32,000 nucleotides of DNA, taken from assembly GCF_012562765.1 (NCBI RefSeq), contig NZ_CP046226.1, forward strand, positions 450,001-482,000. The letters are read 5' to 3'. The notes below the pieces were generated by a model, which saw only the letters and a program-made list of their open reading frames with translations, was not told the DNA's origin and searched no databases. This DNA is from Candidatus Saccharimonadota bacterium. Lineage in GTDB: Bacteria; Pseudomonadota; Gammaproteobacteria; Enterobacterales; Enterobacteriaceae. Position numbers and translations under genes: made by a program. This document shows positions 1 through 9,734 of the stretch, piece after piece. Every line of letters begins with the position of its first letter. Position 1 is the first letter of the stretch.

Positions 1-1
1 A

Positions 2-1315
<1,314 letters not shown>

Positions 1316-1335
1316 TATATTATTGGATAATATTT

Positions 1336-1749
1336 ATGTGTAAAGAATATTTTTTAAATATAATTAATATAGAAAAAAAAATATTTTGTGATTTAGTACA
1401 AAAAATAAAAATTCCAGGAATAGAAGGATATTTAAGTATATATCCTGGTCATATACCTTTATTAACTTTAATAAAACCAGGAATTATATACATTAATCAA
1501 AAAAAATATAATCAATATATTTATATTTCAGGTGGAATATTAGAAATTAAAAGAAAACAAGTTAATATTTTAGCAGATGTTGCCATAAAAAGTTCTGATT
1601 TAAATGAAAAAAAAATTTTACAAAAAAAATATCAAATAGAAAAAAAAATAAATTTTAACAAAAATAATATGATAGCTATAAAAGAATTATCTAAAATTAT
1701 AGCTCAATTAAAAATAATTCAATTAATCAAAAAAAATAATAATAAATAA
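1336..1749 (+). CDS. atpC: ATP synthase F1 epsilon subunit
   Basis: ATG at 1336, 20 nt after the atpD stop. The N-terminal region (GIEGYLSIYPGHIPLLTLIKPG) is colinear with E. coli AtpC (GELGIYPGHAPLLTAIKPG). The atpD-atpC order is conserved. Confidence 0.9.
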   Translation: MCKEYFLNIINIEKKIFCDLVQKIKIPGIEGYLSIYPGHIPLLTLIKPGIIYINQKKYNQYIYISGGILEIKRKQVNILADVAIKSSDLNEKKILQKKYQIEKKINFNKNNMIAIKELSKIIAQLKIIQLIKKNNNK

Positions 1750-1863
1750 TTTTACTTATATATATTTAATTTTAATATAAAAATATTTTAAAATAATTTT
1801 TTTTATTAATTAATAAAATTATTCTAATTATATTAAAATATAAATATTTTATTAATAAAATAA

Positions 1864-1901
1864 AATTTAATTTAATTTAATTTAATTTAATTTAATTTAA
1901 T
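1864..1901. repeat. Pentanucleotide microsatellite (AATTT)x7 plus partial unit
   Basis: Read directly: perfect AATTT units start at 1864, 1869, 1874, 1879, 1884, 1889 and 1894, followed by AAT. It lies in the 440-bp atpC-nrdA spacer. Confidence 0.9.
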
Positions 1902-2189
1902 ACTATTATACAGTATTAATAATTTTTATTAAATTTTTTAATTTTAAATAAAGAATATTATTTATATAATAAATGTATCATATATCAAAAATATTATTTT
2001 ACTTATATTATATGTAATTCTATTGTAATTGTTAGATTATTATACAAATTTAATTAAAAATAATATTATAAATATAATTATTATGTTTTAAACATTATTA
2101 TTTTTAATCTTTTTTATATTTAAAATATTTTACATATCTATAAATATATAATTATTCATAAAAAAAATAATATTTTTAATAGGTAATAT

Positions 2190-4472
2190 ATGAATCATAA
2201 TTTATTTGTAATAAAAAAAAATGGAAATATTGAATCTATAAATTTAAATAAAATTTATAGAATGCTTAATAGAGCAGCTAAAAACTTAACAAATATATCT
2301 ATATCTAAAGTACAATCAATATCTTATTCACAATTTTATAATAATATTACTACTACTAATATTCATGATATAATTATAAAAACTACAGCAGATCTTATTT
2401 CAGAAAAAAATCCTAATTATCAATATATGGCAGCAAGATTATTAATTTTTCATTTAAGAAAAAAAGCTTATGGTCAATTTCAACCACCTAAATTATATAA
2501 TCATGTTAAATCAATGATATATCAAAAAAAATACGATAAATTTCTTTTAGAAGTATATACAAAAGAAGAATTTAAATTTATGGATAAATTTATTGATCAT
2601 AATCGTGATATGAAATTTTCTTATGCAGCAGTTAAGCAATTAGAAGGAAAATATTTAATTAAAAATAGAGTAACAGGAAAAATTTATGAAAGTGCTCAAT
2701 TTTTATATATTCTAATATCTGCATGCTTATTTGCTAAATATCATAATTCAAAAAGAATGGATTATATAAAAAAATTTTATAATGCTATTTCTACATTTAA
2801 AATTTCTTTACCTACTCCTATTATGTCTGGAGTTCGTACTCCTAATAAACAATTTAGTTCATGCATTTTAATTGAATGTGATGATAATATTGATTCTATT
2901 AATGCAACTACAAGTGCTATTATTAAATATATTTCTCATAGAGCAGGAATTGGTATTAATGCAGGACGTATTCGCGCTGAAGGTAGTCCTATTAGAAATG
3001 GAGAAGCATTTCATACTGGATGTATACCTTTTTATAAACATTTTCAAACAGCAATAAAATCTTGTTCTCAAGGAGGAGTAAGAGGTGGTGCTGGAACATT
3101 ATTTTTTCCATTATGGCATTTAGAAATTACTAATTTATTAGTATTAAAAAATAATAGAGGTACAGAAGATAATAGAGTTCGTCATATAGATTATGCAGTA
3201 CAATTAAATAAATTATTATACAAACGTTTAATTAATGGAGATATTATTACTTTATTTAGTCCTTCAGATGTACCAGATTTATATGAATCTTTTTTTTCAG
3301 ATCAAAAAAAATTTGAATTTCTTTATAAAAAATATGAAAAAAACATTAATATTCGTAAAAAAAATCTTACTGCTATAAATTTATTTTCATTAATGATGCA
3401 AGAACGTACTTCTACAGGAAGAATATATATTCAAAATGTTGATCATTGTAATACACATTCTGCATTTATTTCTAGTATTGCTCCCATTAGACAATCTAAT
3501 TTATGTTTAGAAATTACTCTTCCAACTAAACCATTAAATAATGTTAATGATCCTAATGGAGAAATTGGATTATGTACTTTATCAGCTTTTAATTTAGGAG
3601 TAATTAATAATTTAACTGAATTAAAAACATTATCAGATTTAATAGTAAGAGCATTAAATTGTTTATTAGATTATCAGGAATATCTTATTCCTGCAGCAAA
3701 AAATGCTGCTTTAGGAAGAAGATCTTTAGGAATAGGAGTAATTAATTATGCTTATTATTTAGCAAAAAATAATGTTCGTTATTCTGATAATAGTGCAAAT
3801 AATTTAACACATAAGACTTTTGAAGCTATTCAATATTATCTTCTACAAGCTTCTAATAATTTAGCTAAAGAAGAAGGTACTTGTCCTTTATTTAAAGAAA
3901 CTACTTATTCACAAGGAATTTTACCTATTGATACATATAAAAAGTCAGTTGATAATATTACTAATGAACCTTTACATTTTAATTGGGAAAAATTAAGAAA
4001 TAAAATTAAAAAATATGGTTTACGTAATTCAACATTATCTGCTTTGATGCCCTCAGAAACTTCATCTCAAATATCTAATGCAACTAATGGAATTGAACCA
4101 CCAAGAGGATATATAAGTATAAAAACATCAAAAAGTGGGATATTAAAACAAGTTATACCTGAATATGAAAAATTAAAAGAAAAATATGAACTATTATGGA
4201 ATATTCCTAATAATAGTGGATATTTAAATTTAATTAGTTTAATGCAAAAATTTGTTGATCAATCAATTTCATCAAATATAAATTATGATCCTAAAAAATT
4301 TATTAATGGTAAAATACCAATGCAACAATTATTACAAGACTTATTAAAAGCATATCAATTAGGAATAAAAACTTTATACTATCAAAATACAAGAGATGGA
4401 GCTAAAGATAGACAAAGTGATCTAAATTCCATAGAATCTAATATCTGTCATTATGGGTCTTGTATAATTTAA
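2190..4472 (+). CDS. nrdA: Class Ia ribonucleoside-diphosphate reductase alpha subunit
   Basis: The 760-aa ORF is colinear with E. coli NrdA (761 aa). It has the ATP-cone N-terminus. Active-site motifs are present: FSSCILIE, SNLCLEI (Cys/Glu), CTLSAFNLG, the TLYYQN Tyr pair, and the C-terminal Cys pair CHYGSCII. Confidence 0.97.
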   Translation: MNHNLFVIKKNGNIESINLNKIYRMLNRAAKNLTNISISKVQSISYSQFYNNITTTNIHDIIIKTTADLISEKNPNYQYMAARLLIFHLRKKAYGQFQPPKLYNHVKSMIYQKKYDKFLLEVYTKEEFKFMDKFIDHNRDMKFSYAAVKQLEGKYLIKNRVTGKIYESAQFLYILISACLFAKYHNSKRMDYIKKFYNAISTFKISLPTPIMSGVRTPNKQFSSCILIECDDNIDSINATTSAIIKYISHRAGIGINAGRIRAEGSPIRNGEAFHTGCIPFYKHFQTAIKSCSQGGVRGGAGTLFFPLWHLEITNLLVLKNNRGTEDNRVRHIDYAVQLNKLLYKRLINGDIITLFSPSDVPDLYESFFSDQKKFEFLYKKYEKNINIRKKNLTAINLFSLMMQERTSTGRIYIQNVDHCNTHSAFISSIAPIRQSNLCLEITLPTKPLNNVNDPNGEIGLCTLSAFNLGVINNLTELKTLSDLIVRALNCLLDYQEYLIPAAKNAALGRRSLGIGVINYAYYLAKNNVRYSDNSANNLTHKTFEAIQYYLLQASNNLAKEEGTCPLFKETTYSQGILPIDTYKKSVDNITNEPLHFNWEKLRNKIKKYGLRNSTLSALMPSETSSQISNATNGIEPPRGYISIKTSKSGILKQVIPEYEKLKEKYELLWNIPNNSGYLNLISLMQKFVDQSISSNINYDPKKFINGKIPMQQLLQDLLKAYQLGIKTLYYQNTRDGAKDRQSDLNSIESNICHYGSCII

Positions 4473-4504
4473 TAAAATTTATTAATTAGTATTTGGATAA
4501 TAAA

Positions 4505-5635
4505 ATGAGTTATACTACTTTTTCTTATAAAAAAAATAATCAGTTAAAAGAACCTATGTTTTTTGGACAATCTGTAAACATAGCTCGTTATGATCAACAA
4601 AAACATTATATTTTTGAAAAATTAATTGAAAAACAATTAAGTTTTTTTTGGAGACCTGAAGAAATAGATATATCATGTGATCGTATTCATTATGAAAATC
4701 TACCTCAACATGAAAAACATATATTTATTAGTAATTTAAAATATCAAACTTTATTAGATTCTATTCAAGGAAGAAGTCCAAACATAGCATTATTACCATT
4801 AATTTCTATTCCTGAACTAGAAACATGGGTGGAAACATGGTCTTTTTTTGAAACAATACATTCTCGTTCTTATACTTATATTATTAGAAATATTATTAAT
4901 GATCCTTCATTAGTTTTTGATGATATTGTAACAAATAAAAATATTATTCTTAGAGCAACAGATATTATTCATTATTATGATGAACTTATTAAAATGACAA
5001 ATTATTGGCATTTATTTGGAGAAGGTTCTCATATAATTAATGGATTAAAAAAAAATATTAGTTTATATGAATTGAAAAAAAAATTATATTTATGTTTAAT
5101 GAATATTAATATATTAGAATCAATAAGATTTTATGTTAGTTTTGCATGTTCTTTTGCTTTTGCTGAAAGAGAATTAATGGAAGGTAATGCAAAAATTATT
5201 CGTTTTATAGCACGTGATGAATATTTACATTTAATAGGAACACAATATATATTAAATATAATGCATAAGGGAGATGAAGATATAGATATGGCAAAAATTG
5301 CTATTGAATGTCGTCCTCAATGTTATAAATTATTTTTAAATGCTGCAAAACAAGAACAAAAATGGGCTGAATATTTATTTTCTAATGGTACTATAATAGG
5401 ATTAAATAAAAAAATTTTATGTCAATATATTAAATATATTACTAATGTAAGAATGAAAAATATTGGTTTAAATTTACCTTTTAAAATTAAAAATAATCCT
5501 ATACCATGGATTAATTCATGGTTAATTTCAGATAATGTACAAATGGCTCCTCAAGAAGTAGAAGTTAGTTCTTATTTAATTGGACAAATTGATTCTACAG
5601 TTAATATTAAAGATTTTAATAATTTTAAATTATAA
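4505..5635 (+). CDS. nrdB: Class Ia ribonucleotide reductase beta subunit
   Basis: The ATG at 4505 gives [22 protein letters not shown], which matches the E. coli NrdB N-terminus ([22 protein letters not shown]). The track ORF start at 4493 is a TTG four codons upstream. Di-iron and tyrosyl-radical motifs are present: [22 protein letters not shown] and ARDEYLHL. Confidence 0.95.
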   Translation: MSYTTFSYKKNNQLKEPMFFGQSVNIARYDQQKHYIFEKLIEKQLSFFWRPEEIDISCDRIHYENLPQHEKHIFISNLKYQTLLDSIQGRSPNIALLPLISIPELETWVETWSFFETIHSRSYTYIIRNIINDPSLVFDDIVTNKNIILRATDIIHYYDELIKMTNYWHLFGEGSHIINGLKKNISLYELKKKLYLCLMNINILESIRFYVSFACSFAFAERELMEGNAKIIRFIARDEYLHLIGTQYILNIMHKGDEDIDMAKIAIECRPQCYKLFLNAAKQEQKWAEYLFSNGTIIGLNKKILCQYIKYITNVRMKNIGLNLPFKIKNNPIPWINSWLISDNVQMAPQEVEVSSYLIGQIDSTVNIKDFNNFKL

Positions 5636-5638
5636 ATT

Positions 5639-5672
5639 TATATGACTGTTATAATATTATAACAGTCATATA
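5639..5672. terminator. 34-bp perfect palindrome; candidate bidirectional intrinsic terminator between convergent nrdB and the antiporter gene
   Basis: TATATGACTGTTATAAT|ATTATAACAGTCATATA was verified base by base and is perfectly self-complementary over 5639-5672. It sits 4 nt after the nrdB stop and 40 nt after the antiporter stop, with T-rich flanks on both strands. The stem is AT-rich with only 4 G:C pairs, so function is uncertain. Confidence 0.45.
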
Positions 5673-5712
5673 TTTAATTTATTAAATAATAAAATAAATT
5701 TTTATATATTTT

Positions 5713-7104
5713 TTATTTTATTAAATAAAATAAAGAAAAAATTGATCCTAATAATAAAAAAATTAAAATAAATTTTTCTTTATTATTTAATATAAGAATA
5801 TCAGGATTATATATTTTTGATATTATCAAAAATATTAAACCAGGAGCATATAAAATTAATGATAATAATAAATGTAAAGGTCCTGAAGCATATAATAACC
5901 ATATACCATATATACATGATCCTATGCCTATAAATATATGTAATATTTTTTTATTATAACAAGATATTTTTAATAAATATGCACCAACTAAAAAATAAGG
6001 TACTAATATCATTTCAGATGCTAGAATTAATAAATTATTATAATCTAATTTTGTTAACCAAATTAAAATTAAACATAATTGCATACTACTATTTGTAAAC
6101 CAAAGTGCTAAAGAAGGTACTTTATTAATATTTTGTTTTTCAAAACATTTAGGAAACATTCTATTTTTTGCTGCTATCCATGGAACTTCAGCTGCCATAA
6201 TTGTCCAACTTAAATAAGCACCACAAACTGATATAATTAATCCTAAAGCTATAACTATATTGCCCCATTTACCAATTAATATTGTCATTAATCCTGCCAT
6301 GGAAGGATTTCTCATATTAGCTAAATCTATTCTATTAATAATTCCTAATGATAATATTGTTACTGATAAATATACACATAAAGCAATCATAACTGCTAAT
6401 AATGTTGCTTTACCTACATCATTTTTATTTTTAGCTTTAGAAGATAAAATTACTGCTCCTTCTACTCCAATAAATACCCATAGAGTAATTAACATTGTAT
6501 TTTTTATTTGTTCCCAAATTGGAATTCCTAATTTAATTCCAGTAAAATCAATATTAAATTTTTGAAGATTAAAAGCTAATATAGATAATATTATAAATAT
6601 ACTTAATGGAAGTAATTTTCCTAAAGTAGCAATTATATTAATAATTGCTGCAGTTCGAGTTCCCTTTAATAATAAAAAATGTACAGACCAAAGTAAAATT
6701 GATGCACCTAATATAGATTCCCATGTATTACCATTACCAAAAATTATATGATTAGAATGATCAGTAAAAAAACTTATTGCTGAAAAAACAATAACTAAAT
6801 AAGAAACATTTGCAATAACTGCACATAACCAATAACCCCATGCAGAGCAAAATCCTATTAATTCTCCGAATCCATCTCTAGCATATGCAAAAATACCACC
6901 ATCAAGATTAGGTTTTAGTTTATGAAGTAGTAACATTGAAACAGCTAAAAAAATAATTCCTATTCCAGTAATAATCCATCCTATTATTAATGCAGCAGGA
7001 CTTGCAATAGCTGCCATATTTTGTGGTAAACTAAAAACACCTGCTCCTAACATAGAACTAATCACTAATGCTGTTAATGATTTTAAATCTAATTTTTTAT
7101 TCAA
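5713..7104 (-). CDS. arcD: APC-superfamily basic amino acid antiporter, ArcD/YdgI-type arginine:ornithine antiporter
   Basis: The 463-aa polytopic membrane ORF is colinear, from memory, with E. coli YdgI (ArcD). Shared segments include LTALVISSMLGAGVFSLPQNMAAIASPAAL, GGIFAYARDGFGELIGFCSAWGYWLCAVIANVSYLVIVFSA, NTMLITLWVFIGVEGAV and SWTIMAAEVP. The start codon is TTG (7102-7104 is CAA on the + strand), preceded by AGGA 6 nt upstream. The first in-frame ATG would delete the start of TM1. Confidence 0.8.
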   Translation of the reverse strand: MNKKLDLKSLTALVISSMLGAGVFSLPQNMAAIASPAALIIGWIITGIGIIFLAVSMLLLHKLKPNLDGGIFAYARDGFGELIGFCSAWGYWLCAVIANVSYLVIVFSAISFFTDHSNHIIFGNGNTWESILGASILLWSVHFLLLKGTRTAAIINIIATLGKLLPLSIFIILSILAFNLQKFNIDFTGIKLGIPIWEQIKNTMLITLWVFIGVEGAVILSSKAKNKNDVGKATLLAVMIALCVYLSVTILSLGIINRIDLANMRNPSMAGLMTILIGKWGNIVIALGLIISVCGAYLSWTIMAAEVPWIAAKNRMFPKCFEKQNINKVPSLALWFTNSSMQLCLILIWLTKLDYNNLLILASEMILVPYFLVGAYLLKISCYNKKILHIFIGIGSCIYGIWLLYASGPLHLLLSLILYAPGLIFLIISKIYNPDILILNNKEKFILIFLLLGSIFSLFYLIK

Positions 7105-7186
7105 AATAATTCCTTTTTATATAATAATTTATTAAAATTATTTAATTTTAAAACAAATTATATATAATAATCATTAATATATATAA

Positions 7187-7939
7187 TTAAACAGGATTAT
7201 TTATGTCAATAAAATTAATTTTAAGTTTATATTTATTTTTTAACCACTCACCTAACATAATTACACCTCCTTTTTCGGTAGCATGATGTCCTGCAGATAT
7301 AAAATTAATACCATATTCTGTAGCAATATGTATTGTTTGTTCTGATATTTCACCTGTAAGAAAAACATCAATATTAAAATTTATTATTTTCTCAAAAAAT
7401 TTTTGTCCAGCTCCACTACACCAAGCAATATTATTTATAATTTTAGGTGCATTTTTTCCTAAATGTAGAGGTATACGATTTAATTTATATTTAATTAGTT
7501 TTATTAAATCTTTAATGGTTAAAGGAGGATTAAAATTACCATAAAAAACAAAAGGATTAATTTTACCTAAAATATTAATATTTAATAAATTTGCTAAAAA
7601 TATATTATTACTTATAGTATTATTAATATCTAATGGAATATGCCAACTATATAAATTTATATTATTAGATAATAATGTTTTTAAACGATTACGTTTCAAT
7701 CCTTTTATTATTAAAGATTCATTTTTCCAAAAATATCCATGATGTACTATGATTGCATCTGCCTTTTTAGAAACTGCCCTATCTAATAAATCTTGACATG
7801 CACTAACTCCTATAATAATATTTGTAATATTATTTTTTCCTTCTATTTGTAATCCATTGGGAACATAATCATTAATATTATTTGAATTTAATTTTTCATT
7901 AATAATTTTTTCTAATTCAATATTATTTATCATTTTCAT
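7187..7939 (-). CDS. ybgI: NIF3/YbgI family dinuclear metal-centre protein (GTP cyclohydrolase 1 type 2 homolog)
   Basis: The 250-aa ORF is colinear with E. coli YbgI. Shared segments include ELEKIINEKLNS, YVPNGLQIEGK, ADAIIVHHGYFWK, GLKRNRLKTLL, WHIPLD, GEISEQTIH and AGHHATE. Confidence 0.85.
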   Translation of the reverse strand: MKMINNIELEKIINEKLNSNNINDYVPNGLQIEGKNNITNIIIGVSACQDLLDRAVSKKADAIIVHHGYFWKNESLIIKGLKRNRLKTLLSNNINLYSWHIPLDINNTISNNIFLANLLNINILGKINPFVFYGNFNPPLTIKDLIKLIKYKLNRIPLHLGKNAPKIINNIAWCSGAGQKFFEKIINFNIDVFLTGEISEQTIHIATEYGINFISAGHHATEKGGVIMLGEWLKNKYKLKINFIDINNPV

Positions 7940-8066
7940 TTAAAATAAATATATATATAATAAATCATTAAATTTAAAATTAATATTTAAATATACTTAT
8001 TTTATTTTTTTAAGTTAATAATTATTAATTATATAATATTTAAAAGTGAAAATAAAAATTTTTAAT

Positions 8067-8073
8067 AAGAGGA
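8067..8073 (+). promoter_or_regulatory. Shine-Dalgarno sequence of ffh (AAGAGGA)
   Basis: A purine-rich AAGAGGA lies 10 nt upstream of the ffh ATG at 8084. It stands out in a spacer otherwise nearly free of G/C. Confidence 0.5.
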
Positions 8074-8083
8074 AAAAATATAA

Positions 8084-9460
8084 ATGTTTGAAAATTTACG
8101 AAATAAATTATCAAAAACATTATCTAAAATAAGTAATTATGGCAGATTAACAGAAAAAAATATAAAAGAGACATTAGATAAAATATCTAATAATTTATTA
8201 GAAGCAGATGTAGCATTAAAAGTTGTTAATAATCTTATTGATAATCTTAAAAAAGATGTTGTTGGTAAAAGAATTAATAATAGTTTTACTCCTGGACAAG
8301 AATTAATTAAATTAGTTAAAGATAATTTAATAAAAATTATGGATAAATCTAATATAAATATTAATTTAGCGATTCAACCACCTGCAGTAATTTTATTAGC
8401 AGGATTACAAGGTTCTGGAAAAACTACTAGTACTATTAAATTAGCATATTTTTTGAAAAAAAAATATAAAAAAAAAATAATAGTTGCATCAACTGATATT
8501 TATAGACCTGCAGCTATGGAACAATTAAAAATTTTAGCTCAGCAAGTAAAAATAGATTTTTTTAATCAAAATAAAAATTTTTCTTCAATAAAAATTGCTC
8601 AAAATGCATTAAATCATGCAAAAATTAATTTTTATGATATATTAATCATAGATACTGCTGGAAGATTACATATAAATGATATTATGATGAATGAAATAAA
8701 AAATATTCATGATTATATCAAACCGATAGAAACTTTATTTGTTGTTGATTCAATGACCGGACAAGATGCAGTTAATAGTGCTAATATTTTTAATAAAATA
8801 TTACCATTAACAGGAATTTTTTTAACCAAAACTGATGGTGATTCAAGAGGTGGAGCTGCTTTATCAATTAGATATATAACTAATAAACCAATAAAATTTA
8901 TTGGTACTGGAGAAAAATTAGATAAAATAGAAGTTTTTTCTCCAAAAAATATTACTATTAGAATTTTAGGAATGCAAGAAGAATTATCTTCTATTAAAGA
9001 TATTGAAAATAAAATTAATAATATAAAAAATGAAAAATTAATAAAGAAATTAAAAGAAGGAAAAGAATTTAATATAAGTGATTTTTTAAATCAAATAGAA
9101 CAAATAAATAAAATAGGTAATAATGGAATTACAAAATTAATAAATAAAATGAATTTTTCAAATATAAATTATTCTATTAATCCAATATCAAATATTCTTA
9201 ATACAAATAGTAATATAGTTAAAGAAACTAAAACAATTATTAATTCTATGACTATTAAAGAAAAATTAGATATTAATATTATTAATTATTCAAGAAAAAA
9301 AAGAATATCTATGGGATCTGGTATTTCTATACAAAAAATTAATATTATTTTTAAACAATATAATCAATTTAGATTAATATCTAAAAAAATAAAAAATAAT
9401 CATGGTATAAAAAAAATTTTTCATAAATTACAAAATATTTTTCCAAAAAAAAAAAATTAA
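8084..9460 (+). CDS. ffh: Signal recognition particle protein Ffh
   Basis: The 458-aa ORF has the N-terminus MFENLRNKLSKTL...GRLTEKN. G-domain motifs GLQGSGKTT, DTAGR and TKTDGD are present. The M-domain carries the 4.5S-RNA-binding motif SRKKRISMGSG. Confidence 0.95.
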   Translation: MFENLRNKLSKTLSKISNYGRLTEKNIKETLDKISNNLLEADVALKVVNNLIDNLKKDVVGKRINNSFTPGQELIKLVKDNLIKIMDKSNININLAIQPPAVILLAGLQGSGKTTSTIKLAYFLKKKYKKKIIVASTDIYRPAAMEQLKILAQQVKIDFFNQNKNFSSIKIAQNALNHAKINFYDILIIDTAGRLHINDIMMNEIKNIHDYIKPIETLFVVDSMTGQDAVNSANIFNKILPLTGIFLTKTDGDSRGGAALSIRYITNKPIKFIGTGEKLDKIEVFSPKNITIRILGMQEELSSIKDIENKINNIKNEKLIKKLKEGKEFNISDFLNQIEQINKIGNNGITKLINKMNFSNINYSINPISNILNTNSNIVKETKTIINSMTIKEKLDINIINYSRKKRISMGSGISIQKINIIFKQYNQFRLISKKIKNNHGIKKIFHKLQNIFPKKKN

Positions 9461-9471
9461 ATATTTAGTAT

Positions 9472-9477
9472 AGGTGA
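9472..9477 (+). promoter_or_regulatory. Shine-Dalgarno sequence of rpsP (AGGTGA)
   Basis: AGGTGA lies 6 nt upstream of the rpsP ATG at 9484. Confidence 0.5.
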
Positions 9478-9483
9478 TATTAT

Positions 9484-9723
9484 ATGGTTAAAATTCGTTT
9501 ATCTCGTCATGGAATAAAAAAGAAACCTTTTTATCAAATAGTTGTAACTAATAATAAAAGTCCAAGAGATGGACGTTTTATTGAACGTATTGGTTATTTT
9601 AATCCATTTTCTTCAAAAAAAAATGATAATATTAAAATAAATAAAGAAAAAGTAAATTTTTGGATATCAAAAGGAGCAATTATTTCTAAAAGAGTTAATT
9701 TTTTAATAAAAAATAATAATTGA
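9484..9723 (+). CDS. rpsP: 30S ribosomal protein S16
   Basis: MVKIRLSRHGIKKKPFYQIVV...GRFIERIGYFNP is colinear with E. coli S16. The gene ends at TGA (9721-9723). Confidence 0.95.
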   Translation: MVKIRLSRHGIKKKPFYQIVVTNNKSPRDGRFIERIGYFNPFSSKKNDNIKINKEKVNFWISKGAIISKRVNFLIKNNN

Positions 9724-9734
9724 ATTATTACAAA

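Noticed and set aside
1750-2189. Replication origin or DnaA-box cluster in the large spacer next to the atp operon
   Set aside because: I found no close match to TTATCCACA. The best intergenic matches are 2-3 mismatches, which is expected by chance at this composition. In enterobacteria oriC lies at the mnmG/atpI end of the atp operon, not after atpC.
2100-2189. NrdR box upstream of nrdA
   Set aside because: Only vague AT-rich partial palindromes are present (for example ACATATCTATAAATAT). There is no pair of 16-bp ACACnATATATnGTGT-like boxes, and the sequence is indistinguishable from background.
2868-3071. Two short track ORFs (2868-3071 minus, 2872-3057 plus) inside nrdA
   Set aside because: Both lie entirely within the strongly conserved nrdA reading frame. 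Their translations are low-complexity with no recognisable motifs. They are frame-shadow or antisense artefacts.
4493-4504. TTG starts proposed by the ORF track for nrdB (4493) and rimM (9720)
   Set aside because: ATG codons 4 and 5 codons downstream (4505 and 9735) match the E. coli N-termini (exactly for nrdB). The TTG extensions add nothing conserved. The rimM TTG overlapping the rpsP stop remains a minor possibility.
6260-6565. 101-aa plus-strand ORF antisense to the antiporter gene
   Set aside because: It lies wholly inside a conserved membrane-protein CDS on the other strand, with no start context and no homology signal. This is a typical antisense ORF of a hydrophobic gene.
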